Positions 12,362-24,973 are shown, numbered from the stretch's first letter. The stretch: DNA of 45,715 bases from Octopus sinensis (GCF_006345805.1 NW_021826202.1:1-45715), one strand, 5' to 3'. Numbers and translations are program-made. Notes: generated by a model from the letters alone, not told the origin.

Positions 12362-12791
12362 AATTTACTCTAGGGACAAGGCCTCAAATTTTGGAGGAGG
12401 GTGCAAGTTGATTAAATCGACCCTTGTACGCCACTGGTACTTATTTTAATGGATCTCGAAATGATGAAAGCAAAGTCGACCTCGGCGGAATTTGAACCTG
12501 GGCCTTAAAGACGGACGAATTGCCGCTAAACATTTTGCCCGGCGTGCTAACGATTCTGCCAGCTCGCCGTCTTTATAACAATGATGATAATCCTTTCTGC
12601 TATAGACACGAGGTCTGAAATGTTGGGGGATTGCATCGACCCAAGTGCGTAACTGGTACTTATTTAATCGACCCCGAAAGGATGAAAAGGCAAGTCGACC
12701 TCGGCGGAATTTGAACTTAGAACGTAAAGACGGACGAAATGCCACTAAGCATTTCTTCCAGTGGACTAACGATTCTGCCAGCTCGCCGCCT
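12362..12791 (-). mobile_element. Two adjacent SINE family B copies (about 12362-12571 and 12590-12791)
   Basis: Each contains AAAGTCGACCTCGGCGGAATTTGAAC and ends CTAACGATTCTGCCAGCTCGCCG. Confidence 0.85.
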
Positions 12792-12831
12792 TATAATAAT
12801 AATAATAATAAGAAGAAGAAGAAGAATATTG

Positions 12832-13068
12832 AACGGGATGGGCTACTCGACCTGAAGAAAATTCTAACTGGGTCCCACCTGCAAGGTCATGCGCTGTTTA
12901 CCTTGATACGAGATCAACATGTTGCGCATGTGTGGTTGTGATGCATGCGCCTGATGTACCCTTATCAGACGGGTAGTCATGATGGGTATATTGGGCGTCG
13001 TATATTTGTACCCCACTTTGATGGCATGCGTTGCTGTCTCACTCAATAATAATAATAATAATAATAAT
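12832..13068 (+). mobile_element. Probable retroposon 3' fragment with (AAT)n tail
   Basis: Complex sequence ending ...CTCACTC followed by (AAT)n; recalled as a common octopus repeat, not verified. Confidence 0.4.
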
Positions 13069-13270
13069 CATTTCTCCATTTTAGAAACTTTATTCTTACC
13101 AGTGAAAATTAACCCAGTATTTACACGTTATTATTTGTAGCTTTATCTGCTTCGAGTTTCCTCTGATTCAAAAAAGAATTATTTCGCATTCTTTAAGCGT
13201 GCATGCAGTGTGTAAACTTTTGAAGTATTTGTGCTTTTAGGCGATGTAAACAGTAATACTTGTTCGTGCA

Positions 13271-13305
13271 TTAATATCTCCCCTTTTTTTTCTTTACAGG
13301 TAAGT
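13271..13305 (+). other. Candidate recursive splice site (3' acceptor directly followed by 5' donor)
   Basis: TTAAT (putative branch A at 13274), 19 uninterrupted pyrimidines 13277-13295, ACAG (AG 13298-13299), then GTAAGT 13300-13305; no other AG between 13254 and 13297. Confidence 0.6.
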
Positions 13306-13805
13306 GTCTGAACAGCAATTTGTTTTAATATATTTACATGGAATCGTTTGGATTGATGTTTGGAACTAAATTCTTCTGAAGGTATTGTAGGGAATTTTTT
13401 CCTCGTTCTTTATTTGTTTCATTTATTAAAAGTCTTTGAGTCAGCAGGTGTTGGTATTTTCTTTTTATCATAGCATCTATATTATTAATTAATTAATTTA
13501 TTACATTTTCCCGCTCGCTACATTAAGTTTGATAGCATTAACTTGAGATTTATTAACTTTTATGGCTCATGCAAATGACGTCCGTAGATAAATTGTTTAC
13601 GCCTACTCGAATGCTTAAATGTTTTTACTAAAAATTCTTTCCTTGAGAAAACATATTCGAGTTTATAAGAATTCCTTTAAAACTACATATGTGATACACC
13701 TTATTGTTTATTTTCAAAATCAATATTGAAATTTGAGAGGGCACAGCTCTAGTCTACGGATATACGATTAAAATTTCGTAGGAAAGTATCACAAGATAAA
13801 TTCTT

Positions 13806-14001
13806 CAAGCCGAGCCAACTGGCAAGAGACTTAGGCCAAGACTAAGATGGTTGGATAATATCCTTAATCCCGATTGACCACACTTGGGAATCTGGCTAGA
13901 AAGAAATATGACAGTCGTTTCTTACTGCACCCTGCGGAGACTCTGCCCTCCATAACCCTCCCAGGAATAGTGGGTGGAGAAGATGAGTGGGTAGATAGAT
14001 G
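13806..14001 (+). mobile_element. Decayed 3' end of an RTE-clade LINE ORF2
   Basis: Translates QAEPTGKRLRPRLRWLDNI (13806-13862), like the GKRPRGRPxxRWxDxI C-terminal motif of RTE elements, then HLGI and a GATGG-like tail; in-frame stop present. Confidence 0.5.
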
Positions 14002-15301
14002 GAATATTCAAATTAGGGTGCGTATATTACATGGTATTGGCTTACAAAATGTATCTATCAACCAACTGGTGTTTACCTGAGATCGTATTGAGCCACCGCT
14101 TTATATATATATATATATAATTCGTCTTATGCTTAGAAGTGATGCACGTTACCAGAATTTCCGACTCGTCTGATAGAACAAACCTCTCCAGTCCTAATTA
14201 TAGTAACCGTGTGAAAGAAGTTAGCACTGGCTAGCTTGTACTGGTGTAGTTGTATGATATATAGTCATGATATTTTGAATGCATTTAATACGCACGTTTT
14301 AGATAATTGTGCAATAGATAAATGAGAATTTTATTTCTTACGCAAACTCTTCCTCAGTTAAGACATCAAAATATAAACAAATTGATGGAATTCGCCCTTT
14401 GTATATGATCAGAGCCGTTTAAGTTTTTTTTACTAGATGAAGAGAGGGCGAGGCTAGAAATGGGTGAACTATCTATAAATAGAGAAAGGGGAAGAGATGG
14501 TGGGAGAGTAAATGTGTGAGAAATGCAATCTTATGGGAAAAAGAGAAAAGAAAGGGTCACTTAAATAAAAGAATAAGGGAACACATAAGTCCAATAACTA
14601 CTAATGAATACATGACTGAAAGCAAAGAATAAAAACAATAAACATACGGATTCACACATATTCAAATATATATGCAAATATATATGCAAATATATATGCA
14701 TATATACATACACACAGACACTCGTAAACATGTACATATACTTGTGCATATGCATGTATATACATGCTCACTATCAAAAATCGGGCATCAACATTATGAA
14801 CATCAACATTATCGTCACTAGCATTATTTTATTTTGAAATTTCATATTCAAGGTTTCCCACGCTGTTGTTATCGGTTCGGTGCATCTGCATCATTGCATA
14901 TCGCTTCGTCTACACCCACCCACCCAGCAGCTCCACCACCTCCTTTCCCCCCACTAATATTCTGAGGTGTATGACGTCACCACTTCTTCTCCCTCCCCCC
15001 CCCGTCATATTAATTAATATCCCACCGTTACAGCTTACTGCATTTTTAACACCCTATAGAGGTCTACACCCAATTCGTTCTATATAGCCACACCAGTTCT
15101 CTTTCTTTCTCCCTCTCTCCGGCTGCCTCTCTTTCTCTCTCTTTTAATCTCTCTCTCACCCTCTCCCTCTCTCCCTCTCCCTCTTTATTCTAGCCTCTCT
15201 TGTCGTAAACGTCATTTCAATATCTTCATTTTGAATCTGAACTCAGGAGAGGTTTTCCGAGGACTCGAGATCGTACTGAGCCACCAGTTTACTAAACATC
15301 C

Positions 15302-15526
15302 TACTCTTTACTCTCTTTCTACTTGATTCAGTCGTTTGACTGTGGCCATGCTGGATCACCGCCTTTAGTCGAACAAATCGACCCCGGGACTTATTCTTTG
15401 TAAGCCTAGTACTTATTCTATCGGTGTCTTTTGCCGAACCGCTAGTTACGGGGACGTAAACACAACAGCATCGGTTGTCAGGCGATGTTGCGGCGACAAA
15501 CACAGACACACAAACATACACACACA

Positions 15527-15578
<52 letters not shown>

Positions 15579-16107
15579 TAAATTAGAGATAAAACCACTA
15601 TTAGGCAAATCATACAATGAAAAACTTAAGCCAATACATAAGATTAATTAATTTATATTATTTTAAATATATATCAAAATTATTAAAAAAATATCATTAT
15701 ATTTTTTAAATAATTTTGATATATATTTAAAATAATATAAATTAAATTAATTTCATGTATTGGCTTATGTTTTTCATTGTTTGATTTGCCTAATAGTGGT
15801 TTTATCTCTAATTTAATATAATATAATATTTTACTATAAAATTGGATTCAATCCTAAATCTGATTTTTCCCTGTAAGTTTGGATTTATTCCCTAATATTT
15901 TATTATATATATATATATCTATATATATATATATATATATAATACGACGTGCTTCTTTCAGTTTCCGTCTACCAAATCCACTCACAAGGCTTTGGTCGGC
16001 CCGAGGCTATAGTAGAAGACACTTGCCCAAGGTGCCACGCAGTGGGAATGAACCCGGAACCATGTGGTTGGTAAACAAGGTACTTACCACACAGCCGCTC
16101 CTACGCC
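15302..16107 (-). mobile_element. SINE family A split by an insertion (3' half 15302-15535, 5' half 15942-16107)
   Basis: Both halves match family A in order; the fold-back element sits in its internal microsatellite. Confidence 0.85.
15574..15900. mobile_element. AT-rich fold-back element with about 120-bp inverted arms plus about 80 bp extension
   Basis: TATATTAAATTAGAGATAAAACCACTATTAGGCAAATC... is mirrored by ...GATTTGCCTAATAGTGGTTTTATCTCTAATTTAATATA; centre about 15695-15698. Confidence 0.75.
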
Positions 16108-16185
16108 TACACAGATAATTTCCTTATAGTTATTACAAATTTGTACATTAGCCCACTCCCTCCATCGAATCGACATGACTTGTGC

Positions 16186-16190
16186 AGGTA

Positions 16191-16223
<33 letters not shown>

Positions 16224-16283
16224 CTATCTATCTATCTATCATCTAGCTATCTATCTATCTATCTATCTTCTATCTATCTATCT

Positions 16284-16314
<31 letters not shown>

Positions 16315-16319
16315 ATAAT

Positions 16320-16350
<31 letters not shown>

Positions 16351-16352
16351 AT
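16186..16352. repeat. (TATC)n-(TC)n-(TA)n compound microsatellite
   Basis: Seen directly. Confidence 0.9.
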
Positions 16353-16785
16353 TATAATTTAGGGTATCTAAGAGATACCTCCACGCTGGAAATAGCAGCC
16401 AAAACTTGACTCTAAAACCACATTAATGTTCATAGCGCACCAGGAGAGAAGACAACGGACAAGGTGAACTAGCAAAAATTTACTGGATAATTCCAGATCC
16501 TGGATTTCTGGCTTTGCAGAAGAAATGCTTTGCCACGTCAGTGGAATATACACAGAAAGTAACATAAATATACACACACACACACACACACACAGGTTTT
16601 TAATTAGAATGCAACTTGCGCAACACCACAACGACTGTCACTCGTAAAACCAAGAAGTCCAGAGACAAGCAGAGTGCAACATTAGTACACTTCTAGAGGG
16701 ATGCATTGGCAAAGACCTTGGGTCCCCCATTGATTTTCACACACAAACACACACACATACATATATATATTATTGTTTGGTGTGA

Positions 16786-17118
16786 AGGTGCATGGCTCAT
16801 TGGTTAGAGCATCGAACTTATGATCGTGAGGTTGTGAACTCGAACCCCGGACTCGGTTGCGTGTTGTGTTCTTGAGCAAGACACTCTATTTCACGTTGCT
16901 CCAGTTAACTCAGCTGTAGAAATTAGCTGTGACGTCACAGGTGCCAAGCTGTATCGGTCCCTTTGCCTTTTCCCTTGGATAACATCAGTGGCGTTGAGAA
17001 TGGAGGCAAGTATGCATGGGCAACTGCTGGCCTTCCATAAACAACCTTGCCCGGACTTGTGCCTGGGAGGGTCACTTTCTAGGAGCAATCCCATGGTCAG
17101 TCATGACCGAAGGGGGTC
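16786..17118 (+). mobile_element. tRNA-derived SINE family C variant with a CORE-like central domain
   Basis: TGGCTCATTGGTTAGAGC (A box), B-box-like GAACTCGAACC, then GTTGTGTTCTTGAGCAAGACAC..TTGCTCCAG..ACTCAGCTG. CORE similarity is by recall. Confidence 0.7.
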
Positions 17119-17289
17119 TCCGATTATTGTTTGCCTCATAAGGATTTACAAACTTCCAAAGAATGTGAAATAATTTTTTGAACGGTTGAACTCGAAGTAG
17201 ATAAAGCTATAATTAATAAATAGTAGCGTGTAAATATCGGGCTAAAAAAACTGTTTAGATAGGAAAAAAAGTTAAAGACTACCCGTGGG

Positions 17290-17758
17290 GTATATGTGTG
17301 TGTGTGTATAAAATATTTCTCTCTACCTGCCTAACTTTGCTAATTGCTTTCAATGGTAATATACACAAACAATATACGTTTTTTTTATCCAGTGTCAGTA
17401 TGTGTGTATGTATGTATATATATATATGTGTGTGTGTGTGTGTATATGTATATATATATATGTGTGTGTGTGTATATATATATGTGTGTGTGTATATATA
17501 TATATGTGTGTGTGTATGTATATATATATGTGTGTGTGTATATATATATATATATATGTGTGTGTGTCTGTGTGTATGTATATATATATATGTGTGTGTG
17601 TGTATATATATATATATATGTGTGTGTGTATATATATGTATGTGCGTGTGTGTGTATATACACACATAAGTATATATGTATGTATGTAGTATTACATATA
17701 TGTATATATATATATGTGTGTGTTTGTGTATTATATATGTATGTATATATTACACGCT

Positions 17759-17790
<32 letters not shown>

Positions 17791-18069
17791 CACACACGTG
17801 TGTGTGGGTATGTGTGTCCCCCCCAAAAAAAGAGCCGCGGATCAAAACAAAAAGAAACAAACCACTCCACCTTTAATTAGTTGTTCAGGTATTTTATTCT
17901 AAGTAATTTTTGGAGCGGTTTTACTTATTTCTCTAATCTCCTTCTTCAGTTTCTTTACTCCTTCGCTATCATTTCCTTCACTCTCCTTGCTCTTTACTGC
18001 CCCCTATCTCATCCCCCTTACTCTCTTGCGTATATATACGCATACATTCATACATACATATATATACAT

Positions 18070-18114
<45 letters not shown>

Positions 18115-18219
18115 CATACATACATACATATATATATATATATAATACATACATACATACATATATATATATACATACATATAGATATATATATAATATA
18201 TATATATATCTATATATAC

Positions 18220-18270
<51 letters not shown>

Positions 18271-18372
18271 ACATACATACATACCATATATATATACATA
18301 CATACATACATATATATATTATATATATATATATATAATATATATATATATAATATATATACACATACACAC
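17290..18372. repeat. (TA)/(TG)/(CATA) microsatellite blocks
   Basis: 17290-17815 and 18030-18372; source of the Y/I/V/C/H/T ORFs. Confidence 0.9.
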
Positions 18373-18624
18373 GTACTCTCTGCCAAATAACAAAATCAAT
18401 TCCGAGTATAATTAAGCTGTGACAGCATGTCTAATTAAGTCACGAATGAGATGCAAGCCGAAGCAACAACAACAATAATAAACGACACGACAACAACCAC
18501 TTGTTGATGTTGTTGTTGTTGTTTTGTGACGGCCCGAGGACATTTCGTTGGGGAAAACATGGCAGCCATGTTTCACAGTAAGCGAGCGTTACTATCATCT
18601 CATCTTCTTTCGCTTCCCGCATAC

Positions 18625-18763
18625 CACCACCACCACCACAGCTCCCTCCGCCACCACCACCACCACAGCTCCCTCCGCCCCGCCCCCCGCACCACAGCTC
18701 CCTCCTCCGCCGCCACCATCGCTATTGCATTTCGTATCTTCTCTGTTCATATCTTGATTTCAT

Positions 18764-18803
<40 letters not shown>

Positions 18804-19004
18804 CTCTCTCTTTTTTGTTCCCCCCCGTGTCTCTTTCCTTGAGCCTCTCTTCTTTCTTGTCTCTTTCTCTTTATTTCTGTCTCACTCCCTCCCCTCTCTC
18901 CCTCTGTCTTTTGTCACTCTCTCTTTTTCTCTCTCTGTCTTTGTCCCTCTCTCTCTCTGTCCCTCTCTCTTTTTCTCTATCTGTCTCTCTGTCTCACTAT
19001 TTCA

Positions 19005-19035
<31 letters not shown>

Positions 19036-19610
19036 GTCCTCTGTTTCTGTTTCACTGTCTCTCTCTCTCTTTCTCCTCGTACTTTTTTATTGTTTCTCCC
19101 CCCCCGTCTCTTTCTCTTTATCTCTGTCTCACTCACTCCTCTCTCCCCCTCTGTCTTTGTCCTTCTCTCTCTCTCTCTCTCTCTCTCTGTCTCACTATTT
19201 CTGTCTCTCCCTCTGTCTTTGTCCCTCTTTCTCCCTCTTTCACTGTCTCTCTCCCACTTGTCTTTCTCATTCCATCTCTCATCTCTCTCTGTCTCCCTCC
19301 GTCACTTCCTCCCTCTGTTTTTCTTCTCCTTCCATTTCTCTCTCTCTCTCCCTTCTCTCTACCTTTCATCTCTTTGTCTCTCCCTCTCTGTCTCTTTCTG
19401 TCATTCTTACCCTTTCTTTCCCCTCCCGACTCTTTTTCTATCTCTTCCCCTCAGTCCCTTTCCCCCCTTGTCTGTCCCTTTCCCTCCGATTTCTCTCTGT
19501 TTCCCTCTAACTCTTCCTCCTACTATTCCTCCAAAACCTCTTCATCCTGCCACTTCATCCCTTCCCATCGCCGTACCTCTCACTGCCACCCTTTCAACCT
19601 TCATATAAGA
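18625..19610. repeat. CAC repeat followed by a CT-rich low-complexity tract of about 850 bp
   Basis: Seen directly; source of the 360-aa S/L/F ORF. Confidence 0.9.
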
Positions 19611-19708
19611 AGAAGTGAGAGAGGCCCGAGTAAACTGTGTCTATGTACACAGAAACACACAAATATTTATTTACATATGTCACAATTAGTTTCTAGATTG
19701 TGTGTAAG

Positions 19709-20280
19709 GTGGCGAGCTGGCAGAACCGTTAGCACGCTGGACGAAATGCTCAGCAGTATTTCGTCCGCCGTCACGTTCTGAGTTTAAATTCCGTCGAGGT
19801 CGACTTTGCCTTTCATCCTTTCGGGGTCGATAAATTAAGTACCAGTTACGCACTGGAGTCGATATAATTGACTTAATCCGTTTGTCTGTCCTTGTTTGTC
19901 CTCTCTGTGTGTAGCCCCTTGTGGGTAGTAAAGAAATAGGTATTTCGTCTGCCGCTACGTTCTGAGTTCAAATTCCGTCGAGGTCGACTTTGCCTTTCAT
20001 CCTTTCGGGGTCGATAAATAAGTACCAGTTACGTACTGGGGTCGATATAATTGACTTAATCCGTTTGTCTGTCCTTGTTTGTCCTCTCTGTGTGTTAGCC
20101 CTTGTGGGTAGTAAAGAAATAGGTATTTCGTCTGCCGCTACGTTCTCTGGTTCAAATTCGTCGAGGTCGACTTTGCCTTTCTTTCATCCTTTCGAGGTCG
20201 ATTAAATAGTAGTTACCGAGTTACGCACTGCGGTCGATGTAATCGACTTAATCCGTTGTCTGTCCTTGTTTGTCCCCTCG
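19709..20280 (+). mobile_element. SINE family B tandem trimer
   Basis: One headed copy followed by two head-less units starting AGGTATTTCGTCTGCCGCTACG at about 19938 and 20121. Confidence 0.85.
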
Positions 20281-20285
20281 GTTTA

Positions 20286-20584
20286 GAAATCCGAAGGAGC
20301 AATATCTGGTGAATGGAGGTGGGAGTAACCCATCCCAGCCGAGCTGCAGCAATTTTTGTCTGGTTCCCAAAGCATCAAGGTGCCGAAATGAACTTTCTCA
20401 TCTTCCATTTTAAAGAGTTACAGAATAGCCACGGTTATAGGACATAAACCTTCTTCCACGAAAAATAGCTTAAACTGTGCTCTAATGGAGGTGTAGTCAA
20501 ATCCATTTTATGGACTCAACCATGTTCTAAAATAAGTCGAAAGGTAAGATACTATAAGTCGCACGAAACTTTCGGACCACCCAC
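20286..20584 (-). mobile_element. Internally deleted mariner element (5' ITR, start of transposase fused to the C-terminal SPDIAPSDF region)
   Basis: Reverse complement of 20400-20584 matches the 5' end of the element at 45076. ATG at 20408 gives MEDEKVHF; just downstream a shifted frame gives TRQKLLQLGWD...SPDIAPSDF, the mariner YSPDLAPSD motif. Confidence 0.85.
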
Positions 20585-20680
20585 ATATGTATATATGTAT
20601 TGTATCTTATCCACGTTTCTGTCAATCTATCCTTATACGCATATAGGTACGTGTATACATGTATCTATCTATCTACCTAC

Positions 20681-20716
<36 letters not shown>

Positions 20717-21009
20717 TTATCTATTTACTAATCTAATCTCTTTATCCATGTATGGACGGATGGAAGGATATACCCATCCTTCATGCCCATCTAAGCAGGG
20801 TACCCGCATCGTCCCACAGCAGATATATCTACTCGATGTAAACGAAGCTCCCACCTCCAATATAACTTTCATTGTTTCTCTATATTTAGAGCCCCCCCCC
20901 CGCTTCTTTTCGCCCCCCCCCCCCGCCCCACCCTCCAACCAGAGAACTTTTCCAGAACGTCAGCTGTTTGGGAATAACGAACGACACGAAGCAGGAACTT
21001 TAGGGAGTT

Positions 21010-22075
21010 GATGAGAAAATTAGAGAGAGAGAAAGAGAGAGAGAGAGAAAGGGAGCATGGGGAGGGGGGTGAGTGCGAGAAATTGATAAATAGATGAAGA
21101 GTCTGAAAAAGAGAGAGAATGTGTGTGTGTGTGTGTGTGTTGTGTGTGTGAGAGAGAGAGAGAGAGTGAGAAAGAATGTGAGAAAGGGAGAGATGAAATA
21201 CGTGTAAGAGAAGCTATTAAGGGAGACAAATAGGGATATATAGATAGATAGATACAGAGAGGGAGAGAGAGAGAGATGGGGAGTTGAGGATACGGCTGAG
21301 GGGCACCCACGGATGCAGTATAGGTATGGCGGCAGCGTTAGCGATAGTGGTGGTGGTGGTTATGTATATGGTAGTATAGGAGGCGGTGGAGGCTTGACTT
21401 GGGAGTCTTACATTAAAATGCAGAGAAACAGGTTTTCTGAAAGGTAGTAGAAGATGGCGGGGGGTGGGCACTTGGATTGTTCCTTTTTGTTTTGTTTTAT
21501 TTTGTTTGTTTTTGTTTTTTTTCTGTTCTTGTTTTTTTGTTCTTCGGTGGAATGTTTAGAATTTTCTGGCTCTTTTAATATAAGACAAGAAGAGATGAAG
21601 ATAACCGAAGGATCTTGTTGGCGGCGGCGGCGGCGGTGGTGGTGCGTGTTGTGACGATGGTTGTAAATGGTAGGCTGGTGCTGTTAGTGATGTCGAAGTG
21701 GTGGTGGTGGTATGGTGGTGGCTGGGTGGGGAGCTGGAGTTGAGGGTAGTTTCGGGAGTTAGTGATAATGGGGGTGTCTGTAGTGTTGTTGTTGTTGTTG
21801 TTTGTTGTTGGTGGTGGTGGTTGTGTTTGTGGTGGTGTTAACCATAGTGTGGGAGTAATGCTGTTCATGATGATGGCGATGATGATGATGGTTGTGACGA
21901 ATGTAGTACCACTAGTGTTAGTTCTGTTCTTGATACCTGTTGTGGTGGTGGCGGTGGCGATATTGTACCTCCAATGTTGTTGTTCTTGGTGGTGGTATCA
22001 GAATTAATAGGTGTATTGTTTATTGTATGTATCTATTGTTATCTGAGTAGTAGTAGTAGTAGTAGTAGTAGTATA
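21010..22075. repeat. GA, GT, GGT/GTT and AGT low-complexity stretch
   Basis: Seen directly. Confidence 0.75.
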
Positions 22076-22082
22076 GTGGAAA

Positions 22083-22396
22083 TTATTCTTTGGAAGCCTA
22101 GTACTTATTATGTCGGACCCTTTTGCCGAACCGCTAAGCTACGGGGACGTAAACACCCCAGCATCGGTTGTCAAGCGATGTTGGGGGGACAAACACAGAC
22201 ACACAAACACTTAAACACACATACACATATACACGATAGGCTTCTTTCAGTTTCCGTCTACCAAATCCACTCACAAGGCTTTGGTCGGCCCGAGGCAATA
22301 GTAGAAGACACTTGCTCAAGGCGCCACGCAGTGGGACTGAACCCGGAACCATGTGGTTCGTAAGCAAGCTATTTACCACACAGTCACTCCTGCGCC
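22083..22396 (-). mobile_element. SINE family A, 3'-truncated
   Basis: Matches the reverse complement of about 10554-10875. Confidence 0.88.
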
Positions 22397-22799
22397 TACG
22401 TATAAATATGCATACATATATATATTTATTCAGAGGACAATAGATTAAAATGGAGATATTTAATCGCATTCATTGGCTTACATCTGTTTCCGCATATCAG
22501 AATATGATAGTGTGAGATTTTACGGTTCCATCAGAGACTTAACAATCTGTCATTAATATATCACCTTGTCCTTGAATGTGCAGTAAATACAAGACTAGTC
22601 TGGATGTAAGGACGTGAGCTAATTTCCAGGACTTAGGAATTACGAGTCTTATAATATATATTGAATTCTAATAACCGGTTATTGGTGTTGCTGCGATGAA
22701 ACAGAATTATGTTATGTCTGTTTGTTAACTTCTCCCATATATCCTTATTACTCTTCGCCAGTTTGCCATTTTGTGTGTTGGGTTTGTATATATAGGGGA

Positions 22800-22980
22800 G
22801 TCTGTGTGTGTGCTTGGGATCTGTGTATGTATGTATGTATGTGTGTGTGTGTATATATATATATGTGTGTGTGTGTATCTATGTGTGTGTGTGTGTGTAT
22901 CTATATATGTGTGTGTGTATCTATGTATGTATGTATATATCTATGTATGTATGTATGTTTCTGTGTAAATGTATGTATAA

Positions 22981-23016
<36 letters not shown>

Positions 23017-23906
23017 TGCGTGTATGTGTATATATATATACATGTATATGTATTTATATATATAAATGTACATATATATGTGTGTGTGTGTATATATGTG
23101 TGTGTACATATATATGTGTGTATGTATGTGTGTATATATATATATATACATATGTAGATATACACATATACATACGCACGTTTTTAAGAATGTGCCTTTG
23201 TGCAATATCTATATATATATATGTGTGTGTGTGTGTGTAAATATAAATACACATACATCCATACAGACACAAACAGACCGATAGATAGACAGATAGATAG
23301 GGAGGCCGTCAGACAGAAAGAAAGACAGATAGATTCAAATGTATGTAGACATAGGGAACGGTTCCCCTTCAAAACATTATATATTAAATAGACGACTATG
23401 CTCTCCTTTATTAATCTTTTATTAAAAATATTTTCATATATCCTTATAAGGTTTCGAAATGTTAATGGTTATAGGAAGGTTAATATTGCAAACCAAACAC
23501 AGGGGACTAACTAATAAGGGAATATGAAAAATCTTTAATAAAAAAAAGATTTAACCGAAACACAGTCGTGTCTTTTTTTATATAATATAGTCTGATATAA
23601 TATTTGTGTGCGCGTGTCTGTTATACCTCTATATTTGTGTGTGTGAGTGCATGTACTAGAATATGCATGTATATATGTGTATATCTGCTTCTCTATCTAC
23701 ATTTGTGTGCATATATATATATATATGTATACACACACCCATATATATATGAAAGAGTACATGGACGCAAGGATGTATACAATTACACTAATGTATGTAT
23801 ATCTGTGTCTATGTATAAGCTATATGTATTCAGATATATTTACACTCATATATTCGTCAGTGTGTGAATATATATATGTATGTGTGTGTGTATTTGTGCC
23901 TCTCTC

Positions 23907-23956
<50 letters not shown>

Positions 23957-24028
23957 CAGAGAGAGGGTACATGTACGCACGGCTATACACAATTTCATGA
24001 ATGTAGTATGTCTATGTGTGAGTGCCTT

Positions 24029-24105
<77 letters not shown>

Positions 24106-24618
24106 CCACACACACACACCACACACACACACCACAGACATATAGACACATAGACACATACCCGAGTTGAAATCAAAGTGAAACATACCCAGCCATATAT
24201 CCACACACGCACGAAATACCCTCATCTGTAGCATACACGAACACACACACATGTATATATATATATATACAAACACACATGCATGCACACACACAAGCCC
24301 CTCCCCCCTTAAAAGGAACGCACCTTTATGTATATAGTAGGTAATTGCCTCCTGCCTGTTAATATCTGTTTTATACCTACGCACGCGCGTGTTTCCATGC
24401 GCGTGTGCAAAGAGTTATAGAGACCCAAGGTAATTTAGACGAAGCTAAGGGAATAGAGGGACTGAGACTGTCGACTCCGATTTTATAGTACGTATTTGAT
24501 GGTTCCCGGTGGGATTTGAACTTGAAAAACATGAATCACTGAAGCATACACCGTTTAACATCCTACACGACTCTCAACCGTGTGCGCCGACGCCATACCT
24601 TGGAATAAATTTTTTAAG

Positions 24619-24666
<48 letters not shown>

Positions 24667-24941
24667 ATTAATGAGCTGTATGTTTGCATGCCTGTACGTT
24701 GTATCTGTGTGTATGTATGTATGTATGTATGTATAGTATTTATATATATATATATATATATACACATACATATGCACACGTACATATAATATATATGTAT
24801 ATCTTCCATATTATACTGTATATCTAACTATACATACATGTATGTACATATACATGTATATATATATATACACACATGTATATATATATATATATACACA
24901 TGTATATATATATATATACATGTATATATATATACACACAT

Positions 24942-24973
<32 letters not shown>

